NCBI GenBank assembly: GCA_973895155.1
Contig: OZ316898.1
Coordinates: 4,030,480-4,094,479, forward strand
Direction of reading: 5' to 3'
DNA: 64,000 bases
Source of the DNA: Marsupella aquatica
Taxonomy: Eukaryota > Plantae > Marchantiophyta
Shown here: one piece after another, positions 12,805-25,839 of the stretch
Layout: each line of letters begins with the position of its first letter
How positions within the stretch are numbered: the stretch's first letter is position 1
The notes under the pieces: model-generated
The model's database searches: none
What the model saw: the letters and a program-made list of their open reading frames with translations, nothing else
What the model was told of the DNA's origin: nothing
Made by a program: the position numbers and the translations under genes

Positions 12805-14584
12805 TCAATACTTTCTCCTTTGAGCCTTCTTCGCCGCGTATTGCATTCCATACACCATATCCAGACGGACCCGCTTCGCCGCAGCTGTCTTAATTCCTTT
12901 CACTGGCTGCCTCACACGATCCTCCTGTGTGAGGAGCGCAGATTCCACTGAGTCGTCGTCGTCTATTTGCATGGCTGCCTGCTTCGTTTCCACATTACAT
13001 TTCCCTCGAGCTTCTAGTCCTGTGTGCGGTCGGACATGTCGGACCCCACTACAGCGGCTGAAACTGCAACAAACGATAGTTTTGAGTCCACATCTGGTGC
13101 ATGAGCTCGATTTCCCGCGTTGTCACTGCTTGTGATGCAACTGCTTTGAGACGAGTTCAACAACAGATATATTGCACCTCCAAGAGATATGTTAGGCAAC
13201 AGATTGGCTGCCAGAACATTTGTAGCTCCGCAGGCGCACTTCGCCTTTGAAATGATCTGATTTCGGATACACTTGTCACAGTAACTCTTGAAGCAACACT
13301 TGCTCGCGAAGACAGCATCTTTCAAGACTTCCTTGCATAGTGGACATTGGAGCTTGGCTGGGATGTCATTGATTTGTCGAGCTGACGATGGAAAAAAGTC
13401 GACCCCGCTTTCGAAAGCTGATTCATTCGGTTTCATCACTGCGACTTCCCCGGTAGACAAAAAGTACGTTCCCTCGGGGTCGATATCGAGCATGGTTTCA
13501 GGAATGCCAGTGGGTAGCCTGATTTTCTTCTTGTAGTAAGCTTGATCACCATTTGTGGGACAATACTGTATGAAGTGTCGCACAAGTCCACAACGATGAC
13601 ACACGTAACCAGCGTGAGAGATTTTCTTTTCTATACTAGATTTCTTCCCAGGCGGGTTCTCTTAGGTGCGGCACCTTCTGCAGGTCGTTGCCGTTCGATA
13701 GTATCAGCCTCCACGAGGGCCTTCATCTTATCGTCTTCATTTTCCTGGCAAGACTTAAAAGGCGCAGAGGCGGCATACATATCTGCACCACGTTTCTTTT
13801 CTAATCCTTGCCGGTACTCTCTCTGCAATACTATAGTTCTTTCCAGGAGGGCCGTCAGAGCTGCGTTACTTTCTGCACGTCTTCGTTGCCGTTCGATAGT
13901 ATCAGCCTCCACGAGGGCCTTGATATTATCGTCTTCATTTTCTTCATTTTCATGGCAAGACTTAAAAGGCGCAGATTCGGCATACACATCTGCACCACGT
14001 TTCTTTTCTAATCCTTGCCGGTACTCTCTCTGCAATACTATAGTTCTTTCCAGGAGGGCCGTCAGAGCTGCGTTACTTTCTGCACGTCTTCGTTGCCGTT
14101 CGATAGTATCAGCCTCCACGAGGGCCTTGATCTTATCGTCTTCATTTTCTTCATTTTCATGGCCAGACTTAAAAGGCGCAGATGCGGCATACACATCTGA
14201 ACCAAAATCATCGTCGTTGTCCGTGGGCGCCGGGACAACCTTTGTGGCAAAGGCACTGCCCTGATAGAGAGCAGACGCTTGTTTACCCATATTTCCTATT
14301 ACTGCAGCGGAAGGGGCAAGGCTTTTGGCGGCAATTACGAAACTCGGCCTCGGAATTGGCCGAACCAACACCGAAGCGTTTCTCGGCACAAAGGACGCGT
14401 CATCGGTATACTCTTCCTTGGTTTTGGCGTCCAAGATTACCACGCCGAAAAAGTCCATAGGGCTTTCTGTCAATTTCTTCTGTGCGATAATCAAATCTTT
14501 CAAATTCGCAACAGATACCATAGTTCCGTCAATCGAGACAGACTCAAAGGCCTCTCCACTGGTAAACCTGAAATGGACAGCCAT
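12805..14584 (-). pseudogene. RBBP6/Mpe1-like gene copy 1, disrupted by an internal triplication, a premature stop with frameshift at about 13631, and a second frameshift at about 13015
   Basis: The DWNN domain (MAVHFRFTS...VPRNASVLVRPIP) is intact. The zinc knuckle (CHRCGLVRHFIQYCP) and RING (CPLCKEVLKDAV...CC) lie in a different frame after TAG. Compared directly with the intact copy at 30070-31491. Confidence 0.85.
13686..14200. repeat. Coding tandem repeat (198/207-bp units, about 2.5-3 copies) in RBBP6-like copy 1
   Basis: cgttgccgttcgatagtatcagcctccacgagggcc at 13686, 13884 and 14091; encodes repeated KALVEADTIERQR. Confidence 0.92.
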
Positions 14585-15871
14585 TTCGAGCTGTAAATTC
14601 ACAACAAAAGCTCTTTCCTTCACTTTTACAGTGTACAATTGACAATCTGATCGATTGCCTTCCTATTACTCACACTCTCCTGAGTCTCCACTTCAGCAGT
14701 ACCCAAACTATGACCGCACGCTCCAACGTCGTCGTTCACACTCGCAATTCCAACCTCTTCTCCAAACAACTCCGCCCTCCAACCTCGTCGTTCACACTCG
14801 CAATTGTTCAACTCTTCTCCAAACAACTGGCCGCTCGTCGTTCACACTCCCAACAAGAAGTTCTCTTCTCCACCCCAGCTTCAGAGAACTCTCAAAACCC
14901 CACCGCGCTAATGAACAGAACTCCTCCCCTCCAAACAACTGCGACAGAGAACCCTCCGGCACACTTAAAAACTAGCAGAACTCCTCCTCCAAACACCCGC
15001 AGCAGAAAGCAGAACTCCTCCTCTCCAAAAACCCGCAGCAGGAAGCTCTCCGACGACGCAACAGGAATGAGCAAAAGACCTGCTACTGATGGGAGCGAGG
15101 AAGCTTATATATAGGACGAGAGTGATGGGACGAGAGTAATGGGACGAGAGTGATGGGACGATCGCTAGTCATGCGAGCGAGGAGCGACGGATGGGGGGCA
15201 ATCGCAGGAAGAACGGAATTTCAGTACGCGGCCAAACACCGAGGAACGGAAGGAACACAGGAAAGTGCAACCTTAGCAGTCGCGGACACTGGTGCGACGT
15301 CGAAGCATCATTCTACACCAAAAAAAAGGAAGGAAAGATGGAAATGTAGCACCTTCCCCTATAACTTTGATTGGCCCCTGTAGGGAAACAAACCCGAGGC
15401 GAGCGCCCTTCGTTTCAAAGGGCCTTGGTGGGCCCCCATTCCCTCAAACCCCCACACATGCCCTGCCACCTGGCCCCTCGAACCCGGACCCGAGGTACTG
15501 TACGACGCAAGCAAAGTATTGCTCAAAGGAATGTATTGTTAGTCAGTCACTAGTAGTGTATCTTAATGTGGTTGGAGTTTTGCTGTATTGTTAGTGAGAT
15601 TTTTTCGGACTTCCCCTTAAACCGCCACTGTCCGTATAAATACGCTACTGCCAAGAGCCGGTCAGCTCATTCTTCCAGACCTGCCCAGCCAAGGCTCTAC
15701 ACTACGTCCCTGCCAGAACCCGTTAGTCCCAGCCAGGCTCCGCAATAGTAGCTGGGTCAGTGGTCCAAATAGTGCTTTGGGACTTCTCCGAGTCTTTCTG
15801 TTCGCGTGAATGCCGAAGCCATGGTTCGTGAGTGTGGTGGGCTAGAAAACATGCTGCCATAGCCATGGAGA

Positions 15872-15981
15872 TTCGTGAGTGTGCTGGGCTTGAAATAGCA
15901 CAGGAGAACGACATTGAGGCTCGTGAGTGTGCTGGGCCTGAAATAACACAGGAGAACGACATTGAGGCTCGTGAGTGTGCA
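15872..15981. repeat. About 48-bp tandem repeat near the left end of the Kolobok-like element
   Basis: tcgtgagtgtgctgggc.tgaaata.cacaggagaacgacattgaggc repeated; reads RECAG.EI.QENDIEA in ORF 15832-16038. Confidence 0.8.
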
Positions 15982-16469
15982 TACTCTCTTCATGTTCAAA
16001 GAACTTTATGGCCTCAGTATGCAGCGGAAACGAAGTAACTTTCGTTCTCCCCTGATTAGATCGTCTGCTCTTGGGCTGATTTCATTTCTGCGTCCCCTCA
16101 ATCAAATACTTACCTCGTCCTCTTGATATTGCAGCAATGTATATATAACTGTGAGCGGGGGCAGTTACCTAGCCCAGGAGAGGGGGAGGGATGGGACATT
16201 GTCCATCGCTTGTTCAAATTGTCCCAGAACAGAGCTCGATCGCAGAGGTGTTTATAGCCATATAGCCAGCAATTGTTACTGTTATGTTCAGGTTTACACT
16301 TGTTATGACATCGACCACAAATTTGTCCAGCAAATTACATTCTCAATAGCACGAAGGCAAAAAGGTTACATTGTTTTTTTGTCTCCCTGCTCTGCTGCGA
16401 TCGAGCATGTGTACAGATACCTGGAAAAGCGAACTCAAGTCTCCCCGTTTTGATTCACAGTAATAAATA

Positions 16470-17070
16470 TATGAACAAGAGCAAAATGTTATGCCAATAG
16501 CAGTATAATCGGAAGATGAAGGATGAACTCTACCTGTGGAGTGTTGCCTAAAGCTCTCCACAATTATCCAAACTCGAGCGACCAAAAATGAGCTCTCCTA
16601 AACTCAGTTCTGTCCAATTCTCTTCCTCCATGTCGAACGCAATCAAAAACATAGGGGAAGTGCAGGCCGTCATATACAGAGCGACATTGAAATAAACAGC
16701 TTTACTAAGACCCAGGTGTCTCCAAGAACAAGACCCATTTGTCTCCAAAAACACAACACGGAATCGAAGATTTGCACCCAGAACTGATTTGCACCCAGAA
16801 CATGGCACTCGTCATGATCGTCGCGAGAACAAACCGGGCCCAAGATCTCCCAAGTCTTGGCCCTCTCGCGAACCAGTTTTTGGAACTCTCCGGCACCCGG
16901 TGTCTCCTTGCGCCCACCTTCACAAAATTCCGTAGGAGAGAATCTGGCCAACCAGCTTTTGATAACATCTTAGCCTTGAAAATTGAAGGGAAAGGCATCA
17001 TCGCTATAACGATTTCTACGATATGCTCGGGTAGCTGTCTCATAGACTGTCCACCCTCCATCTCCTCCAC
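16470..17070 (-). pseudogene. Degenerate F-box protein gene fragment
   Basis: QLPEHIVEIVIAMMPFPSIFKAKMLSKAGW is an F-box motif. After frameshifts comes a propeller-like piece (KAVYFNVALYMTA...LIAFDMEEENWTEL). Confidence 0.7.
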
Positions 17071-18709
17071 AATGCATAGACAAACGGCTCAATGCAACTG
17101 CAGCCCCCGTCGTCGATCCAATGTTTCTGTCACAATTGAGTGAAACCTTAAATTACTCCACAAGAGTTGGCGGTATTGGCAATCAAAATGATTGAGGTAG
17201 GATGATATATGGGAGAGAACTTACTTCCGACAAAGATGACCTCCGGAGGTGCACGACATGGGATTTGTGGGATCTCTGCTCCGTAGTACATTCGTCATCC
17301 CGCATCGCTCGTCACTGGATCACAAGGCACCAACGCAAGATGCTCACACCTCGATCCGGAGATCTCTCCCCAAAATTGACATGAGAAGAAAAAAACACTT
17401 TCATGAGGGGAAAAAAGTTGCAGTCAATAATTTCTCGCTTTACTTCGGAGAAAGAGAGAGACGAAGGTTGGGAGAGACACTGTTCACTAGTTTGTTCTCT
17501 TGTACAGATAGCGCGCAATTGTAAAAATCAAGTGCCATGAACTTGCACAATCAATCAATCTATGCACCATTGCTACCGCCCGCCATCGCCAAAGCTTACT
17601 AGTCACTTGGATAGTGAACATCCATCTAATCGCCACCTGAGAATGTGAATGCTAGAACCCAATGCTTGGACCTCCTTCTAGGGCTCCATGCGCTTCTGTA
17701 TCTTTCGAGACATAAATGGCAAAAGGCAACAAGCAAAGCACAATTACAACGATTTTATGGCTTGGTCTAATATAAGCTGTGATTGCACAGGCGAGCTGTC
17801 ACACTCTCCAGTCTCTACTGCCAGATTGCACTTGATTTACGTATCTGCTAAGCAGAAGATATGACAGCTTAGGAGGGCTGCGACATTGTCCTTCATTAAT
17901 TTTGAACATTCATCTCAAACCACATGATGTTAGTGAGCACAATAGCCGGCTGAATCTTTGATTCATACTCAACATCCTACCTCTGCACATCCTACCTCTG
18001 CGATAGGGGAAAACAATCGGCTTCACTGAACCAAACATTCGTAACCTTCTCTATCCATCTTGTTACCATTTCCACAATGTTTGTGAAGATCGCGATTTGG
18101 AGATGCTTCTCCTTCCTTGGCCATGCACTTCAACTTAGTCGTAGATGAGCAGGGAAGTCCCAAGTGCAATGATCATTTTACACATAATGACTCGGTAGGG
18201 TCAACATGGTTTACACTAAACGGGAGTCGGCTAGGTCTATCGTGCATTTCTAGGTTTACACATAACGTACAGGGTCGGGGCGAGATGGCACGGTTTACAC
18301 AGTAGTGGCAAGATATGTCGTTGATGTCACAACTGAGAACGATGATGGGCATGGAAAGGAAAGTAGCCTCGACTCTTCCTAGAAGGTGATAGTCTCACAA
18401 AAGTGTCTTTAGAACACTAGTGTGGGTGAAATGCAGACTTGGTGAGGGAGACCGACCACTTTTTGTTGGTGACTTTCCGTCTGGCAAGGCAATTGTTTTG
18501 GGACTTGCCATATAGCAAGGCACTCACTTGGGTCAAATACAAGGCATTTGCATTTGTTGCAAGGGAAGGTATGAACCTACTAACTAAACTCTTGCATCTT
18601 TTTCCATAAGTGCATTCTTGTGAGCATGGTACTAGACAAATAATATAAGGACTTCTAATTTGCAAAATGTTGTTGTTGTCTTGTTTTGCTTGCCAGAGTA
18701 GCAGGAGAA

Positions 18710-21700
18710 ATGGTCCGTCAACCACATAGGATTGATTATCACCGAGTTGGGGGCAATGTTGCACTCAGGCTTCCTGGAAGTCATATACGTACATACCATG
18801 ACTTACAAGGTGCCCTCAAAATGTCCCATGGGAAGGTGGTGGCTTGGCTGATGGATGGTATGTCCATGCAAATCTCTGCTGCTATTAGCGCTCATCATAG
18901 ACAGGATGAAGAGGAAGTAACAGCACTTGAGGGTCCTAATGATTTTGGATGGATAAATAATGAACACCTTGCTAATGAAGAGGACTTGAGAACATTTGGG
19001 ATCATTGCCAAGGTACTTTCCATATCATTTTCCATTATACTTTCAAGATTGCTTTCTTTCACTAATCCTTGTTTTTCTAGGTTTTCATTCAAGTAAACCT
19101 CTTCTAGCATCTTTTAAAAAAGAAAAAGAAAATTGGGGTTTTCCGAAATGTAGAGGTCTTGTCTTTGGTACATCCTGATTTAGTATTGTTGTTGACACAT
19201 GTTTTTATTTTTTTCTTGCAGCCATCTTGTGGTGCATTGTTATCCGTTTCAAACGGTGATGAGTCCATTCCTAATGAGGCATCACCTTCAGACGAAGAGG
19301 AAGATGATTCAGACTTGGACACTGGTGTATTTGACCACATGGAGTCTGGAGAGGAGGATGCAGACCACATTCGAGATTCCAACATAGACGTGGAAAATGG
19401 TTCTATGATGTCCAACTCCCAGGTAACTTTGTTTAGGGTTTCTAATCCTTTTGCTGTGTGTTACATTTGTTCCATAAATTGACAAGTCATGCAAATGATG
19501 AACTTTACTTTACATAAACAAAATGCATTCATTTTATGTAAACCTTAGTACCTTCAACTAGCAAACAATAATGCAACCTAAACTCTTAACAGATGTCAAA
19601 TGAGGATGGCGGGGAGGATGGAGCCATTCCTTTGTTGGATGTGGCTGATCCAACTACATTTGGATTAGACAATATGGTTTTCATGGATTCTGGATTTGAA
19701 GAGAAACACACTCAGGTATTGTATTTTTTCACAATGTTGCCCTTCACTTTCATATATTGGCATCAATTCATAGTTTTAATTATATGTTTTCTATTTATTG
19801 CATCTTTACATAGTTTACTGATTATTGTGTGCTTTTCTAGGCATCTACTTCTTCAGATCAAGTACAAGTTGACTCTTGTTTGGATTTTGAGTATGAGCCA
19901 TCGTCTCAAGAAAATATAAACGAGTCAGACCCTGAGAGTGTAGTGGAGTATGCTTTTTGGCAAAAAAGCAAGGTCCACGAATTTTTCCAGGAATTTTGTG
20001 TGGATTGTCGTGTTGAAGGTTGCGTTGGTAAGTATTTGGTTGAGGACATTGTGACCCATCATCAGTTGTGGATATTGAAGTTGAAGTGCCCAACAGGGCA
20101 TACACAATCTTTCATGACTGGAGAGAATGAACTTCATAGAGGTATGTAAACTGCTGACATTTACACTATTTTTTAACTTTTGCAAATATTGGATTGATTT
20201 AATATTGTGTGTTATCTTTTAATATTTTTTATAAGATCTTGTTTTCTCTTGATGATTTACAGGCGTACCCGCAATTACTGGACTAATTTACCATTCCGCT
20301 CTCTCTGCTGGTCTAACACACAACATCATATGTGAACTATTCTCTCACATTCAAATCCATGTTCCAAGAAACACTCGTTGGTTTCGATTTCAAAATGGAG
20401 CCCGAAGAGACATTGGATGGATTGCAGCAGTACTGCAAGTCTGGAATGATAAGAAACAAAGGTTGCAACGAAGCCTAGCCGAAAGAGATGGTATGTCACT
20501 CTTCTTTGTAGTGAAGCATTTGCTAGTTAGCAAGATTAATTCATGAATTTATGAAATTACTACATACTAGGTTGTTAGAGCATGCACATACATGTTAGTT
20601 TCTAAATATTATTTTGTGGATTTATGATAATTGTAGGTTCCACTCCAATGATTTTATATGTGGATTGTCGTTGGGACTCATCACGTTCTGGATATCATGG
20701 CACTGTTCCTGTGATAGACGTGGTAACTAGTAAGGTAGTGGAGCTTGTAACCATTGACCGAGTTGAGGCTGGGAATTCAGGCACTATTGAAGAAATTGGT
20801 GTTCGTCGTGCTCTACAACATCTTCAGGATGTTGGAGTTACAATTAGTGAGGTTGTTCACGATGATAACAACACAGTTGATGCTATTCTTCGTGAGCTCA
20901 ATGTTGATAACCAAAAGGATCTATGGCACAAATGTAAGAATCTTTTGAAGCAGTTTAACAAAGAGCTAGCAAATGTGAAAGAAACAGCACCTGCTGGTGG
21001 GATTGATGCTGCAATATCCTTGCAAGAATTGGGCAGATTCACTGTTCAAGTGTTGTCCAGTTGGTGCAAGAACCAAAATTTGAGGCATACAGGCAATAAG
21101 ACAGAGTTGGTGCACCGCATAGGAAGACATAGAGGGCTTCCAGAGGAGGACATCACATTGCGCACCAGGAGGCAATTGAAGTATCCAGAACTGACAGAGA
21201 AACAACTTGGTGATAAGTTGAAGAGTTAGTTCTACTATTGTTGCTGCAATGCGAAAGAAAGGTATGATGGCAACTATGATATTTAATTTCATTGAAATTA
21301 GCTTGAGCAATGAATTTGTTCATCATTTTAACTAAGCTAACTCTTAAATTATATTGTAATGACTACTTACTAGCAGGGGAAATGATGATGCTACCATGTT
21401 GGCTAGGGAGATCATCACAGCAGCTGATCATTGGGCTGGCAACCATGAACCTTGCAAAAGCTTTCTTCCTCGCAAGTGTTGTGAGGAAGGTGCAACTTAT
21501 ATGCCATACTATGCGACAGGTAAAGTGTATTAATTATTAAATTTGGTTATGTACTTATGAGATAAATAAGGTGTTTGGATTGTTACCTAATCTGTTGGGA
21601 TTTCTAATATTTGCAAGTATATGGAATCTTGTGGATTTTTCAGGGGGTGCTACTCATAGAGCTTTGAAGCAATGGTTGCAGAAGAACGTCATTGCAATCA

Positions 21701-22005
21701 ATGTTCGCTTCTATACTAGAGCCCGAGCAAACTTTTTCAGTGAAACATTTCATGGAAACATCAACAAATATGCTATGAAGAGGATTCATTTTTCCATGAC
21801 TCATGAGGCCCGCATGGCATGTGCTGCAATATGCTGGAATGAAAACATTGGTCGAGAGGTGGTACGAGTTCGAACACGGCAACCTAGTAATACATGTACC
21901 CGTCAGCGTACATCAAGGGTTCGTGACCTTGTTCCTAGAAGCATCAGGTGGAAGAAAGACGTGGGCTGTACCATATTTGGAAGAGGTGTAGACTATGATA
22001 TGTGA
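18710..22005 (+). pseudogene. Kolobok-type DDE transposase, 8 exons (18710-19012, 19222-19422, 19593-19715, 19841-20141, 20263-20490, 20637-21261, 21377-21519, 21644-22005), about 760 aa, one in-frame TAG at 21227-21229
   Basis: Motifs YVDCRWDSSRSGYHGT, NSGTIEEIGVRRAL, VVHDD, KDLWHKCKN, DHWAGNHEPC, SETFHGNINKYAMKRIHFS...ARMACAAICWNEN. All junctions are GT-AG and phase-compatible. Confidence 0.8.
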
Positions 22006-22846
22006 TACTTGGTTAGTACATTTATTTTGGCACGAAACTTCCACCCTTGTCGTGCATTTGACATTTAGGATATATGTAAGTTGTAGGTTTTACTATATTC
22101 ATTTGTCATGTTTTCAGTCCCATATATCACCTTGCCATTTACTTTTGTTTTTGTAATGGAATATATATTTGTAGGATGTGAAAGTTATATTAGGGCGCGC
22201 TTAGCACCCTCAATGACAGTTGTGAGTATGTCGCTGTATATCAACTTTGGAAATACATCAACTTTGGAAATTCATCAACTTTGAATTTTTTTTCATAATT
22301 TCAGAATACTCCAAAGGGGAATTGAACCCCTCGTGCTGCCATCCAGTAGGAGTTCCAACCCAAAGGAGGGGGAAGGAGGCACAAGCCAAACAAACACAAA
22401 AAAACAACTATCACAAATAACCCAGACAATGAAAATACTAGGAATAAACAAATATAGATACATTGAAATCAAAAACTTTCAAAAACCAAATTACCAGGAT
22501 GGTGTTTGCTTCGCATTTCCCAAGGATTTTGCAATGCAATTGGGAGAAAGAAGGAGGCACATGCCAAACAAAGAAAATAAAATAATATAGTAGAACAAAG
22601 AAACCCTGGAAGAATAAGTAAACATAGATGAAAACATAGTTACACAGCCTAAGAGCACTAGAGGCATACACCAACATCGTGTTTGCTTAGAAACTCCCAA
22701 GTTATTTATACTTGCGGTTGGGAAAGGAAAGGAGGCACATGTGAAACAAACATGACAAAACCGGTGAAAACAAAGAACCCATGAAAACATAACTCAAGTG
22801 AGGACACAACAATGATGAAAAAAGAAAAAAAACACAACTTAGAAAC

Positions 22847-23250
22847 CTAGAATCGGAAACCCACATGTTGTTCGCCTGGTAGTTCCCACGTGGACTGCAC
22901 CACAGCTGTGACTGCTGCTGGGAAGGGTGTTCTGTCTGCAAAGCTAGCAACATATGCTAGCTTGCGATACACAATATACCGTTGTCGGCGAGGAACTGTT
23001 TCAGTGTATGCCCATGCGGCACACATATGAAAAGCTTCAGCTGTCGCAGGGGAAAGAACCTGGGCAAAGTTGAGGTCCTGAAGGTTGTCGTCTATCGCCG
23101 TGCAAAAAGTTGGGAACCTAGCAACTATGTCAGCATGTCTCAACAATCGAAATTTTTTGACGTCCCGGTGGAGGAATAGGCCATGATAAATGATATATGT
23201 GATCTCTATAGGAGATCAGCTCCGCCGGTCTGTTTTGATGCTCAACGCTC
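22847..23250 (-). CDS. KolX-like accessory protein (P2X7 C-terminal ballast-like), last exon; 5' part uncertain
   Basis: The C-terminus RRQRYIVYRKLAY...RTPFPAAVTAVVQSTWELPGEQHVGFRF fits the RY.AYR...R.PLP.CV...I...FP...Y.GF pattern. It is convergent with the transposase. Confidence 0.65.
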
Positions 23251-23488
23251 CTACAAAACATAGGAAATATTGAACAAATGGAGTTAGCATCCCTACAAAA
23301 CTAAGCCAACAATTGTTGTTTGATGGAGGTTATATTTTACACCAAATTGAGGAAGAACAAACAAGTATTATGCATGCATGAAGGAAAGTCAATTGAAAAA
23401 AAATTCACATATTTTGCTAAGGTAGGCAAACTAAGTATATGCATGCAAACTTGCCACACAGAAGTGCACACATGACCAAAAAGAAAAT

Positions 23489-23727
23489 TAAGGGTAAGTA
23501 CCAAGTATCACTCATGCATAATTGAAGGTATTTGGTCAACAAGAAAATGAAGGGTAAGTACCAAGCAAGTTTCACTCATGCATAATTGAAGGTATTCGGT
23601 AAATTAACAAGAAAATGAAGGGTAAGTACCAAGTTTCAATCTTGCATAATTGAAGGTATTCGGTCAACAAGAAAATGAAGGGTAAGTACCAAGTTTCACT
23701 CATGCATAATTGAAGGTATTCGGTCAA
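23489..23727. repeat. About 60-bp tandem repeat, 4 copies, inside the Kolobok-like element
   Basis: aagggtaagtaccaagtttcactcatgcataattgaaggtattcggtcaacaagaaaatg repeated. Confidence 0.9.
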
Positions 23728-24199
23728 GAGAGAGTTCAAATTGTAGACCCTGCATGATTGAATGTACCTGGAATTATTCATGCCGATTGCAAGGGTGATC
23801 GAGAAACCAGTCAATAACTCCTAGGGTAAGTCTATTATGATGTTCCAAGAACAACTGAACTGCACTCGACCGATGGAAGAACGAAACCAACTGCAAGAAC
23901 AAATTTCCTCTGCAAAATATTTTGCGGAGCTAAACTGCAATGTTATGCCAAGCTAAACTACAGAATGGCCGATCGAAGAACAATGAACTGCAAAACGGTT
24001 GATCGAAGGAACACATAAAGTTTTCTAGTTACTCGGCCTTCAGCTCATTCAAACCAAGGAACAGAGAAAAGGAGCTCATGTAGTTGAAGTATGCCCTTCT
24101 TATGGGAGTCATAAACCCAAAAAGTGAGAAGCAGCACAAGCACATAGTTTGGTCGTAAACCAAAAAAGCGATCGAACCAATTATAGAAGTATGTGAGCT

Positions 24200-25839
24200 G
24201 TGAACGAGCACAATAGGCATGGGCAATGGGCATGGGCAAGGACTGTGAGCGTCTGTGGCCACAGTAGCGCTGATTTCATTGAGCTTCATTGGCCTAATGT
24301 AAGCACGTTTCCTGTGGCGGTGGCAATCGTGTTGGGGGCTGCTCTTCTCCTTTTCTTATGGGTGGTCCTGAATTGGGCACTGCGGCAAAGGATTTACTTG
24401 AACTCGAAGGCTAAAATTCCCAGAGGTCCAAGGGTGGCCCCTGATCGGAGAAACGCTGGCTTTTGCGAATGCCAATCCTATAGAGTTTGCCACGCCTCGC
24501 CTGAAGAAGTAAGACCATAGTTGCACATTAACTCTTTACTTCTTCATTCCGACAGGACAATGAATTCACTGAAGGGATTGTGAAGTAGCTCATTCATTTT
24601 TCGCACTATTTCAAGTCAATAGGTTGGCAAATATTTCTCGAGAAATTTGGTTGTGGCTGCCGAACAATACCCGTCCCTTCGCCAGGGGGTGTTACTCCTT
24701 TTCTCCCACCCTGTGATAGTGGGTCTAAAGAGAGTGCGCCTTCCAGCTCTAACACGAAAATCCGATACTCTCAAATAGAAGCAAAGAGAGATTGGAGATC
24801 CAATCCCCCAATGGCCTGTTGCCGTAAGAGCCTAATCCGATACTCTCATTTAGAAGCAAAGAGAGAGATTGGAGATCCAATCCCCCAATGGCCTGTTGCC
24901 GTAAGAGCCTTCACTTTAGAAGTCATTAGTTTAACATAGTCATTCGAATGTCAGTTGGGCTAAGGTGTGACAAATTCTGAAAGTTTTTGCAATTAAATGG
25001 ATTGCAGGTATGCAGCTGTCTTTAGATCCCATATAGCTAGAGTACCCTCGATTGTAGTCACATCTCCGGATATGCCAAAGTTTGTGCATCCTGAAAAGAG
25101 TCTATTCCGAGCAAGCTATCCGCGAAACATTGCAACTCTTATCGGCAAAAAATCTCTTTCCAATTGCGACCCTGCGCGGCACCCCTTTCTGAAGAGAATA
25201 GTACACAGTGCTGTTCTTCCACAAACTCTAAAGCGTGAAGTGGGGCGTTGTGCTAGACACTCTGAAGTCTTGGAATGGAAGAATAGTTCAGATAGCACTA
25301 GAGAGGAAGGAGGTGAGTGCAATCCTGAATTTTCCACACTTAGAATCATGAGCGCAAACTTGAGATCACTGCATTGCTTTTGTTGGCAAGTGAAAGCTGG
25401 AATGGGACTGACCATCAAGAGACATAATGTCTGCCTTGAATGCTTGTCGTAACAGCTACAAAAGCGACGAACATTTCTATTGGCTTTGTCCTACATGTCA
25501 GAACTAGTAAAGGGAGAAAAAGATGTTTCGATTTGTAGTGTGACCATTAGAAAGAATTTCCGCGGTGATTTGAAATCAATCGATGTCGTTGCTGCTGAAT
25601 ATGGCGTCAAAATTCCTTTAGAATAGTAGCACTGGTTGCTGTCTGACAACCCTAGAGTCTGTTGTTCACTCTTACTGTGGCTATCTATTTCATATTTGGG
25701 ATCCCCGATATTCGTGGGTGAGCTGAAGCCCAAATTCTCGTCAATGCTTATCGAGCACTTTCGAAGGCCTTTTACGCCATCCCTATCAATCTCCCGGGCT
25801 TCACTTGGTGTAAAGCGCACTTGGTATAAAGCTTTGCAG
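24200..25839 (+). pseudogene. Cytochrome P450 (CYP85-clan-like) 5' fragment, frameshifted and truncated
   Basis: Membrane anchor, then IPRG / GWPLIGETLAF across a frameshift, an intron, YAAVFRSHI...FRASYPRNIATLIGKKSL, and a later piece resembling PINLPGFT...KALQ. No heme-binding region. Confidence 0.8.
24759..24910. repeat. About 75-bp tandem duplication in the CYP intron
   Basis: aatccgatactctca...tggcctgttgccgtaagagcct twice. Confidence 0.85.

Larger units (their letters stand above)
11373..15597. repeat. Tandem segmental duplication, copy 1 main part (homologous to about 28692-32835; continues at 27490-28220, matching 32991-33600)
   Basis: Colinear high similarity from cttgttagaagcctctcagaaatat to ...gttagtgag, including the RBBP6-like gene and its promoter. 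Confidence 0.9.

Noticed and set aside
15617-15633. piggyBac assignment based on the TTAA target
   Set aside because: The ends are not CCY..RGG, and the enclosed transposase and accessory gene carry Kolobok-type motifs.
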